Assembly (NCBI GenBank): GCA_964057225.1
Contig: OZ059896.1
Span: forward strand, 20,646,001-20,710,000
Direction of reading: 5' to 3'
Length of the DNA: 64,000 nucleotides
Source: Auanema rhodensis
Lineage: Eukaryota > Animalia > Nematoda
In this document: positions 1-10,530 of the stretch, piece after piece
Numbering within the stretch: the stretch's first letter is position 1
How the letters are laid out: every line of letters starts with the position of its first letter
Position numbers and translations under genes: made by a program
Notes under the pieces: model-generated
What the model was told of the DNA's origin: nothing
What the model saw: the letters and a program-made list of their open reading frames with translations, nothing else
Database searches by the model: none

Positions 1-30
1 ATGATCGTTTGAAAAATGATGCATTAGTGT

Positions 31-58
31 ATGTTGAGTTTCCATGTACACTCAACAT
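31..58. other. Hairpin 1: perfect 9-bp inverted repeat with a 10-nt loop, present in nearly every monomer
   Basis: ATGTTGAGT (31-39) / ACTCAACAT (50-58), loop TTCCATGTAC, axis 44.5. Confidence 0.9.
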
Positions 59-65
59 TGCTTCC

Positions 66-131
66 AAAAACATTTTGACAAAAATTTTTTCGAAAAATTT
101 CAAAATAATTTAGCAAAAAGTAGATGTTTTT
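66..131. other. Nested AT-rich inverted repeats around a TTTTTCGAAAAA palindrome
   Basis: TTTTTCGAAAAA (86-97); ATTTTGA (72-78) / TCAAAAT (100-106); AAAAACAT (66-73) / ATGTTTTT (124-131). Low complexity, so partly expected by chance. Confidence 0.6.
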
Positions 132-208
132 AGATTCCATTTTTCAAGGCAAAGACGATAGACAATGTTATTCAACGAAAAAATTAATTCTTCAGGGTGA
201 AAATCGAG

Positions 209-230
209 GATATAAGTGTGAACTTATATC
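209..230. other. Hairpin 2: perfect 9-bp inverted repeat with a GTGA tetraloop, present in most monomers
   Basis: GATATAAGT (209-217) / ACTTATATC (222-230), axis 219.5. Overlaps alternative dyads ATATCA-GT-TGATAT (226-239) and CGAGGATAT (205-213) / ATATCTCG (236-243). Confidence 0.9.
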
Positions 231-240
231 AGTTGATATC

Positions 241-307
241 TCGGTGCATTTTTAAGCTAGCGCAAATCTGATAACACAGATCGACGCAGCTTAAAAATCC
301 GCATCGA
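241..307. other. Hairpin 3: 67-nt imperfect stem-loop with bulges
   Basis: TCGGTGC/GCATCGA (one G.T pair), CC bulge, perfect ATTTTTAAGCT (248-258) / AGCTTAAAAAT (288-298), A bulge, GCG/CGC, 3x3 internal loop, ATCTG/CAGAT, loop ATAACA. Confidence 0.85.
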
Positions 308-2808
308 ATGCACTATACTACATTGAGAAACGCTTAATACACAAATTAGTTATGATCGTTTGAAAAATGATGCATTAGTGTATGTTGAGTTTCCATGTAC
401 ACTCAACATTGCTTCCAAAAACAGTTTGACAAAAATTTTTTCGAAAAATTTCAAAATAATTTAGCAAAAAGTAGATGTTTTTAGATTTCTTTTTTCAAGG
501 CAAAGACGATGGACAATGTTATTCAACGAAAAAATTAATTCTTCAGGGTGAAAATCGAGGATATAAGTGTGAACTTATATCAGTTGATATCTCGGTGCAT
601 TTTTAAGCTAGCGCAAATCTGATAACACAGATCGACGCAGCTTAAAAATCCGCATCGAATGCACTATACTACATTGAGAAACGCTTGATACAAAAATTAG
701 TTATGATCGTTTGAAAAATGATGCATTAGTGTATGTTGAGTTTCCATGTACACTCAACATTGCTTCCAAAAACAGTTTGACAAAAATTTTTTCGAAAAAT
801 TTCAAAATAATTTAGCGAAAAGTAGATATTTTTAGATTTCTTTTTTCAAGGCAAAGACGATGGACAATGTTATTCAACGAAAAAATTAATTCTTCAGGGT
901 GAAAATCGAGGATATAAGTGTGAACTTATATCAGTTGATATCTCGGTGCATTTTTAAGCTAGCGCAAATCTGATAACACAGATCGACGCAGCTTAAAAAT
1001 CCGCATCGAATGCACTATACTACATTGAGAAACGCTTAATACAAAAATTAGTTATGATCGTTTGAAAAATGATGCATTAGTGTATGTTGAGTTTCCATGT
1101 ACACTCAACATTGCTTCCAAAAACATTTTGACAAAAATTTTTTCGAAAAATTTCAAAATAATTTAGCAAAAAGTAGATGTTTTTAGATTCCTTTTTTTAA
1201 GGCAAAGACGATGGACAATGTTATTCAACGAAAAAATTAATTCTTCAGGGTGAAAATCGAGGATATAAGTGTGAACTTATATCAGTTGATATCTCGGTGC
1301 ATTTTTAAGCTAGCGCAAATCTGATAACACAGATCGACGCAGCTTAAAAATCTGCATCGAATGCACTATACTACATCAAGAAACGCTTGATACAAAAATT
1401 AGTTATGATCGTTTGAAAAATGATGCATTAGTGTATGTTGAGTTTCCATGTACACTCAACATTGCTTCCAAAAACATTTTGACAAAAATTTTTTCGAAAA
1501 ATTTCAAAATAATTTAGCAAAAAGTAGATGTTTTTAGATTCCATTTTTCAAGGCAAAGACGATAGACAATGTTATTCAACGAAAAAATTAATTCTTCAGG
1601 GTGAAAATCGAGGATATAAGTGTGAACTTATATCAGTTGATATCTCGGTGCATTTTTAAGCTAGCGCAAATCTGATAACACAGATCGACGCAGCTTAAAA
1701 ATCCGCATCGAATGCACTATACTACATTGAGAAACGCTTAATACAAAAATTAGTTATGATCGTTTGAAAAATGATGCATTAGTGTATGTTGAGTTTCCAT
1801 GTACACTCAACATTGCTTCCAAAAACATTTTGACAAAAATTTTTTCGAAAAATTTCAAAATAATTTAGCAAAAAGTAGATGTTTTTAGATTCCTTTTTTT
1901 AAGGCAAAGACGATGGACAATGTTATTCAACGAAAAAATTAATTCTTCAGGGTGAAAATCGAGGATATAAGTGTGAACTTATATCAGTTGATATCTCGGT
2001 GCATTTTTAAGCTAGCGCAAATCTGATAACACAGATCGACGCAGCTTAAAAATCTGCATCGAATGCACTATACTACATCAAGAAACGCTTGATACAAAAA
2101 TTAGTTATGATCGTTTGAAAAATGATGCATTAGTGTATGTTGAGTTTCCATGTACACTCAACATTGCTTCCAAAAACATTTTGACAAAAATTTTTTCGAA
2201 AAATTTCAAAATAATTTAGCAAAAAGTAGATGTTTTTAGATTCCATTTTTCAAGGCAAAGACGATAGACAATGTTATTCAACGAAAAAATTAATTCTTCA
2301 GGGTGAAAATCGAGGATATAAGTGTGAACTTATATCAGTTGATATCTCGGTGCATTTTTAAGCTAGCGCAAATCTGATAACACAGATCGACGCAGCTTAA
2401 AAATCCGCATCGAATGCACTATACTACATTGAGAAACGCTTAATACACAAATTAGTTATGATCGTTTGAAAAATGATGCATTAGTGTATGTTGAGTTTCC
2501 ATGTACACTCAACATTGCTTCCAAAAACAGTTTGACAAAAATTTTTTCGAAAAATTTCAAAATAATTTAGCAAAAAGTAGATGTTTTTAGATTTCTTTTT
2601 TCAAGGCAAAGACGATGGACAATGTTATTCAACGAAAAAATTAATTCTTCAGGGTGAAAATCGAGGATATAAGTGTGAACTTATATCAGTTGATATCTCG
2701 GTGCATTTTTAAGCTAGCGCAAATCTGATAACACAGATCGACGCAGCTTAAAAATCCGCATCGAATGCACTATACTACATCAAGAAACGCTTGATACAAA
2801 AATTAGTT

Positions 2809-4914
2809 ATGATCGTTTGAAAAATGATGCATTAGTGTATGTTGAGTTTCCATGTACACTCAACATTGCTTCCAAAAACATTTTGACAAAAATTTTTTCG
2901 AAAAATTTCAAAATAATTTAGCAAGAAGTAGATGTTTTTAGATTTCTTTTTTCAAGGCAAAGACGATGGACAATGTTATTCAACGAAAAAATTAATTCTT
3001 CAGGGTGAAAATCGAGGATATAAGTGTGAACTTACATCAGTTGATATCTCGGTGCATTTTTAAGCTAGCGCAAATCTGATAACACAGATCGACGCAGCTT
3101 AAAAATCCGCATCGAATGCACTATACTACATTGAGAAACGCTTGATACAAAAATTAGTTATGATCGTTTGAAAAATGATGCATTAGTGTATGTTGAGTTT
3201 CCATGTACACTCAACATTGCTTCCAAAAACATTTTGACAAAAATTTTTTCGAAAAATTTCAAAATAATTTAGCAAAAAGTAGATGTTTTTAGATTCCATT
3301 TTTCAAGGCAAAGACGATAGACAATGTTATTCAACGAAAAAATCAATTCTTCAGGGTGAAAATCGAGGATATAAGTGTGAACTTATATCAGTTGATATCT
3401 CGGTGCATTTTTAAGCTAGCGCAAATCTGATAACACAGATCGACGCAGCTTAAAAATCCGCATCGAATGCACTATATTACATTGAGAAACGCTTGATACA
3501 AAAATTAGTTATGATCGTTTGAAAAATGATGCATTAGTGTATGTTGAGTTTCCATGTACACTCAACATTGCTTCCAAAAACATTTTGACAAAAATTTTTT
3601 CGAAAAATTTCAAAATAATTTAGCAAAAAGTAGATGTTTTTAGATTCCATTTTTCAAGGCAAAGACGATAGACAATGTTATTCAACGAAAAAATTAATTC
3701 TTCAGGGTGAAAATCGAGGATATAAGTGTGAACTTATATCAGTTGATATCTCGGTGCATTTTTAAGCTAGCGCAAATCTGATAACACAGATCGACGCAGC
3801 TTAAAAATCCGCATCGAATGCACTATACTACATCAAGAAACGCTTGATACAAAAATTAGTTATGATCGTTTGAAAAATGATGCATTAGTGTATGTTGAGT
3901 TTCCATGTACACTCAACATTGCTTCCAAAAACATTTTGACAAAAATTTTTTCGAAAAATTTCAAAATAATTTAGCAAGAAGTAGATGTTTTTAGATTTCT
4001 TTTTTCAAGGCAAAGACGATGGACAATGTTATTCAACGAAAAAATTAATTCTTCAGGGTGAAAATCGAGGATATAAGTGTGAACTTACATCAGTTGATAT
4101 CTCGGTGCATTTTTAAGCTAGCGCAAATCTGATAACACAGATCGACGCAGCTTAAAAATCCGCATCGAATGCACTATACTACATTGAGAAACGCTTGATA
4201 CAAAAATTAGTTATGATCGTTTGAAAAATGATGCATTAGTGTATGTTGAGTTTCCATGTACACTCAACATTGCTTCCAAAAACATTTTGACAAAAATTTT
4301 TTCGAAAAATTTCAAAATAATTTAGCAAAAAGTAGATGTTTTTAGATTCCATTTTTCAAGGCAAAGACGATAGACAATGTTATTCAACGAAAAAATCAAT
4401 TCTTCAGGGTGAAAATCGAGGATATAAGTGTGAACTTATATCAGTTGATATCTCGGTGCATTTTTAAGCTAGCGCAAATCTGATAACACAGATCGACGCA
4501 GCTTAAAAATCCGCATCGAATGCACTATATTACATTGAGAAACGCTTGATACAAAAATTAGTTATGATCGTTTGAAAAATGATGCATTAGTGTATGTTGA
4601 GTTTCCATGTACACTCAACATTGCTTCCAAAAACATTTTGACAAAAATTTTTTCGAAAAATTTCAAAATAATTTAGCAAAAAGTAGATGTTTTTAGATTC
4701 CATTTTTCAAGGCAAAGACGATAGACAATGTTATTCAACGAAAAAATTAATTCTTCAGGGTGAAAATCGAGGATATAAGTGTGAACTTATATCAGTTGAT
4801 ATCTCGGTGCATTTTCAAGCTAGCGCAAATCTGATAACACAGATCGACGCAGCTTAAAAATCCGCATCGAATGCACTATACTACATTGAGAAACGCTTGA
4901 TACAAAAATTAGTT
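2809..4914 (+). repeat. 3-monomer (1053 bp) tandem duplication
   Basis: Rare variants GCAAGAAG (2921/3974), CTTACATC and CACTATATTA each recur at a 1053-bp offset. Confidence 0.85.
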
Positions 4915-7765
4915 ATGATCGTTTGAAAAATGATGCATTAGTGTATGTTGAGTTTCCATGTACACTCAACATTGCTTCCAAAAACATTTTGACAAAAATT
5001 TTTTCAAAAAATTTCAAAATAATTTAGCAAAAAGTAGATGTTTTTAGATTCCATTTTTCAAGGCAAAGACGATAGACAATGTTATTCAACGAAAAAATTA
5101 ATTCTTCAGGGTGAAAATCGAGGATATAAGTGTGAACTTATATCAGTTGATATCTCGGTGCATTTTCAAGCTAGCGCAAATCTGATAACACAGATCGACG
5201 CAGCTTAAAAATCCGCATCGAATGCACTATACTACATTGAGAAACGCTTGATACAAAAATTAGTTATGATCGTTTGAAAAATGATGCATTAGTGTATGTT
5301 GAGTTTCCATGTACACTCAACATTGCTTCCAAAAACATTTTGACAAAAATTTTTTCGAAATATTTCAAAATAATTTAGCAAAAAGTAGATGTTTTTAGAT
5401 TCCTTTTTTTAAGGCAAAGACGATGGACAATGTTATTCAACGAAAAAATTAATTCTTCAGGACGAAAATCGAGGATATAAGTGTGAACTTATATCAGTTG
5501 ATATCTCGGTGCATTTTCAAGCTAGCGCAAATCTGATAACACAGATCGACGCAGCTTAAAAATCCGCATCGAATGCACTATACTACATTGAGAAACGCTT
5601 AATACAAAAATTAGTTATGATCGTTTGAAAAATGATGCATTAGTGTATGTTGAGTTTCCATGTACACTCAACATTGCTTCCGAAAACATTTTGACAAAAA
5701 TTTTTTCGAAAAATTTCAAAATAATTTAGCAAAAAGTAGATGTTTTTAGATTCCTTTTTTTAAGGCAAAGACGATGGACAATGTTATTCAACGAAAAAAA
5801 TTAATTCTTCAGGACGAAAATCGAGGATATAAGTGTGAACTTATATCAGTTGATATCTCGGTGCATTTTTAAGCTAGCGCAAATCTGATAACACAGATCG
5901 ACGCAGCTTAAAAATCCGCATCGAATGCACTATACTACATTGAGAAACGCTTAATACAAAAATTAGTTATGATCGTTTGAAAAATGATGCATTAGTGTAT
6001 GTTGAGTTTCCATGTACACTCAACATTGCTTCCAAAAACATTTTGACAAAAATTTTTTCGAAAAATTTCAAAATAATTTAGCAAAAAGTAGATGTTTCTA
6101 GATTCCTTTTTTTAAGGCAAAGACGATGGACAATGTTATTCAACGAAAAAATTAATTCTTCAGGGTGAAAATCGAGGATTAAAGTGTGAACTTATATCAG
6201 TTGATATCTCGGTGCATTTTTAAGCTAGCGCAAATCTGATAACACAGATCGACGCAGCTTAAAAATCTGCATCGAATGCACTATACTACATCAAGAAACG
6301 CTTGATACAAAAATTAGTTATGATCGTTTGAAAAATGATGCATTAGTGTATGTTGAGTTTCCATGTACACTCAACATTGCTTCCAAAAACATTTTGACAA
6401 AAATTTTTTCGAAAAATTTCAAAATAATTTAGCAAAAAGTAGATGTTTTTAGATTCCTTTTTTTAAGGCAAAGACGATGGACAATGTTATTCAACGAAAA
6501 AATTAATTCTTCAGGGTGAAAATCGAGGATATAAGTGTGAACTTATATCAGTTGATATCTCGGTGCATTTTTAAGCTAGCGCAAATCTGATAACACAGAT
6601 CGACGCAGCTTAAAAATCCGCATCGAATGCACTATACTACATTGAGAAACGCTTAATACACAAATTAGTTATGATCGTTTGAAAAATGATGCATTAGTGT
6701 ATGTTGAGTTTCCATGTACACTCAACATTGCTTCCAAAAACAGTTTGACAAAAATTTTTTCGAAAAATTTCAAAATAATTTAGCAAAAAGTAGATGTTTT
6801 TAGATTCCATTTTTCAAGGCAAAGACGATAGACAATGTTATTCAACGAAAAAATTAATTCTTCAGGGTGAAAATCGAGGATATAAGTGTAAACTTATATC
6901 AGTTGATATCTCGGTGCATTTTTAAGCTAGCGCAAATCTGATAACACAGATCGACGCAGCTTAAAAATCCGCATCGAATGCACTATACTACATTGAGAAA
7001 CGCTTGATACAAAAATTAGTTATGATCGTTTGAAAAATGATGCATTAGTGTATGTTGAGTTTCCATGTACACTCAACATTGCTTCCAAAAACATTTTGAC
7101 AAAAATTTTTTCGAAAAATTTCAAAATAATTTAGCAAAAAGTAGATGTTTTTAGATTCCTTTTTTCAAGGCAAAGACGATGGACAATGTTATTCAACGAA
7201 AAAATTAATTCTTCAGGGTGAAAATAGAGGATATAAGTGTGAACTTATATCAGTTGATATCTCGGTGCATTTTTAAGCTAGCGCAAATCTGATAACACAG
7301 ATCGGCGCAGCTTAAAATCCGCATCGAATGCACTATACTACATTGAGAAACGCTTGATACAAAAATTAGTTATGATCGTTTGAAAAATGATGCATTAGTG
7401 TATGTTGAGTTTCCATGTACACTCAACATTGCTTCCAAAAACATTTTGACAAAAATTTTTTCGAAATATTTCAAAATAATTTAGCAAAAAGTAGATGTTT
7501 TTAGATTCCTTTTTTCAAGGCAAAGACGATGGACAATGTTATTCAACGAAAAAATTAATTCTTCAGGACGAAAATCGAGGATATAAGTGTGAACTTATAT
7601 CAGTTGATATCTCGGTGCATTTTCAAGCTAGCGCAAATCTGATAACACAGATCGACGCAGCTTAAAAATCCGCATCGAATGCACTATACTACATTGAGAA
7701 ACGCTTGATACAAAAATTAGTTATGATCGTTTGAAAAATGATGCATTAGTGTATGTTGAGTTTCC

Positions 7766-7978
7766 ATGTACACTCAACATTGCTTCCAAAAACATTTTGA
7801 CAAAAATTTTTTCGAAAAATTTCAAAATAATTTAGCAAAAAGTAGATGTTTTCAGATTCCTTTTTTTAAGGCAAAGACGATGGACAATGTTATTCAACGA
7901 AAAAAATTAATTCTTCAGGACGAAAATCGAGGATATAAGTGTGAACTTATATCAGTTGATATCTCGGTGCATTTTTAA
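7766..7978 (+). other. 70-aa ORF within a satellite monomer, most likely non-functional
   Basis: Open only because a TAG>CAG change (monomer position 131) coincides with a +1 A insertion. It is closed in all other monomers except its duplicate at 9521. Confidence 0.85.
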
Positions 7979-9520
7979 GCTAGCGCAAATCTGATAACAC
8001 AGATCGACGCAGCTTAAAAATCCGCATCGAATGCACTATACTACATTGAGAAACGCTTAATACAAAAATTAGTTATGATCGTTTGAAAAATGATGCATTA
8101 GTGTATGTTGAGTTTCCATGTATACTCAACATTGCTTCCAAAAACATTTTGACAAAAATTTTTTCGAAAAATTTCAAAATAATTTAGCAAAAAGTAGATG
8201 TTTCTAGATTCCTTTTTTTAAGGCAAAGACGATGGACAATGTTATTCAACGAAAAAATTAATTCTTCAGGGTGAAAATCGAGGATATAAGTGTGAACTTA
8301 TATCAGTTGATATCTCGGTGCATTTTTAAGCTAGCGCAAATCTGATAACACAGATCGACGCAGCTTAAAAATCCGCATCGAATGCACTATACTACATTGA
8401 GAAACGCTTAATACACAAATTAGTTATGATCGTTTGAAAAATGATGCATTAGTGTATGTTGAGTTTCCATGTACACTCAACATTGCTTCCAAAAACAGTT
8501 TGACAAAAATTTTTTCGAAAAATTTCAAAATAATTTAGCAAAAAGTAGATGTTTTTAGATTCCATTTTTCAAGGCAAAGACGATAGACAATGTTATTCAA
8601 CGAAAAAATTAATTCTTCAGGGTGAAAATCGAGGATTAAAGTGTAAACTTATATCAGTTGATATCTCGGTGCATTTTTAAGCTAGCGCAAATCTGATAAC
8701 ACAGATCGACGCAGCTTAAAAATCCGCATCGAATGCACTATACTACATTGAGAAACGCTTGATACAAAAATTAGTTATGATCGTTTGAAAAATGATGCAT
8801 TAGTGTATGTTGAGTTTCCATGTACACTCAACATTGCTTCCAAAAACATTTTGACAAAAATTTTTTCGAAAAATTTCAAAATAATTTAGCAAAAAGTAGA
8901 TGTTTTTAGATTCCTTTTTTCAAGGCAAAGACGATGGACAATGTTATTCAACGAAAAAATTAATTCTTCAGGGTGAAAATAGAGGATATAAGTGTGAACT
9001 TATATCAGTTGATATCTCGGTGCATTTTTAAGCTAGCGCAAATCTGATAACACAGATCGGCGCAGCTTAAAATCCGCATCGAATGCACTATACTACATTG
9101 AGAAACGCTTGATACAAAAATTAGTTATGATCGTTTGAAAAATGATGCATTAGTGTATGTTGAGTTTCCATGTACACTCAACATTGCTTCCAAAAACATT
9201 TTGACAAAAATTTTTTCGAAATATTTCAAAATAATTTAGCAAAAAGTAGATGTTTTTAGATTCCTTTTTTCAAGGCAAAGACGATGGACAATGTTATTCA
9301 ACGAAAAAATTAATTCTTCAGGACGAAAATCGAGGATATAAGTGTGAACTTATATCAGTTGATATCTCGGTGCATTTTCAAGCTAGCGCAAATCTGATAA
9401 CACAGATCGACGCAGCTTAAAAATCCGCATCGAATGCACTATACTACATTGAGAAACGCTTGATACAAAAATTAGTTATGATCGTTTGAAAAATGATGCA
9501 TTAGTGTATGTTGAGTTTCC

Positions 9521-9733
9521 ATGTACACTCAACATTGCTTCCAAAAACATTTTGACAAAAATTTTTTCGAAAAATTTCAAAATAATTTAGCAAAAAGTAG
9601 ATGTTTTCAGATTCCTTTTTTTAAGGCAAAGACGATGGACAATGTTATTCAACGAAAAAAATTAATTCTTCAGGACGAAAATCGAGGATATAAGTGTGAA
9701 CTTATATCAGTTGATATCTCGGTGCATTTTTAA
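9521..9733 (+). other. Duplicate of the 70-aa chance ORF
   Basis: Identical to 7766-7978 and part of the 1755-bp duplication. Confidence 0.85.
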
Positions 9734-10530
9734 GCTAGCGCAAATCTGATAACACAGATCGACGCAGCTTAAAAATCCGCATCGAATGCACTATACTACA
9801 TTGAGAAACGCTTAATACAAAAATTAGTTATGATCGTTTGAAAAATGATGCATTAGTGTATGTTGAGTTTCCATGTATACTCAACATTGCTTCCAAAAAC
9901 ATTTTGACAAAAATTTTTTCGAAAAATTTCAAAATAATTTAGCAAAAAGTAGATGTTTCTAGATTCCTTTTTTTAAGGCAAAGACGATGGACAATGTTAT
10001 TCAACGAAAAAATTAATTCTTCAGGGTGAAAATCGAGGATATAAGTGTGAACTTATATCAGTTGATATCTCGGTGCATTTTTAAGCTAGCGCAAATCTGA
10101 TAACACAGATCGACGCAGCTTAAAAATCTGCATCGAATGCACTATACTACATCAAGAAACGCTTGATACAAAAATTAGTTATGATCGTTTGAAAAATGAT
10201 GCATTAGTGTATGTTGAGTTTCCATGTACACTCAACATTGCTTCCAAAAACATTTTGACAAAAATTTTTTCGAAAAATTTCAAAATAATTTAGCAAAAAG
10301 TAGATGTTTTTAGATTCCATTTTTCAAGGCAAAGACGATAGACAATGTTATTCAACGAAAAAATTAATTCTTCAGGGTGAAAATCGAGGATATAAGTGTG
10401 AACTTATATCAGTTGATATCTCGGTGCATTTTTAAGCTAGCGCAAATCTGATAACACAGATCGGCGCAGCTTAAAATCCGCATCGAATGCACTATACTAC
10501 ATTGAGAAACGCTTGATACAAAAATTAGTT

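Larger units (their letters stand above)
1..351 (+). repeat. Representative satellite monomer (phase arbitrary), ~31% GC, rich in A/T tracts
   Basis: Hand count gives 110 G+C in 351 bp. Contains NsiI (19-24), BsrGI (45-50), BstBI (89-94), EcoRV (235-240) and NheI (256-261) sites, which should give a 351-bp ladder on partial digestion. Confidence 0.98.
6671..10180 (+). repeat. 5-monomer (1755 bp) tandem duplication
   Basis: The ordered variants CAGTTT+GTGTAAAC, ATAGAGG+GGCG, AATATT+GGACG, TTCAG+A7 and TATACTC repeat at +1755. The identical ORFs at 7766 and 9521 are also 1755 bp apart. Confidence 0.9.

Noticed and set aside
164-180. CENP-B box-like motif on the minus strand (TTTCGTTGAATAACATT)
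   Set aside because: It matches the TTCG....A half but lacks the essential CGGG half.
209-230. Selection for an RNA GNRA tetraloop (GTGA, with variant GTAA also GNRA; C223T gives a G.U pair)
   Set aside because: Too few independent events, and other variants (CTTACATC, GATTAAAG, GAACATAT, AACTTTT) break the stem.
189-330. Satellite-encoded hammerhead ribozyme (CTGAAGA on the minus strand at 189-195; CTGATAA at 268-274 and GAAAC at 327-331 on the plus strand)
   Set aside because: I could not build stems I-III around either core, and the plus-strand motif lacks the conserved G8. An Infernal search with Rfam hammerhead models on the dimer would be decisive.
1-351. Tandem 5S rRNA, tRNA, snRNA or spliced-leader gene array
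   Set aside because: No recognisable 5S, cloverleaf, Pol III A/B box or SL exon sequence. The Sm-like AATTTTTG on the minus strand is expected by chance in A/T tracts.
1-351. Assignment to a named ~350-360-bp satellite (e.g. Drosophila 1.688/359-bp, Tribolium TCAST) or to a specific transposon terminus
   Set aside because: Only length and AT content are similar. I cannot recognise sequence identity without a database search.
7766-9733. Two identical 70-aa ORFs as genes
   Set aside because: They need two variants that co-occur in only 2 of ~182 monomers (one duplication). The K/F/N-rich composition mirrors the A/T tracts and no domain is recognisable.
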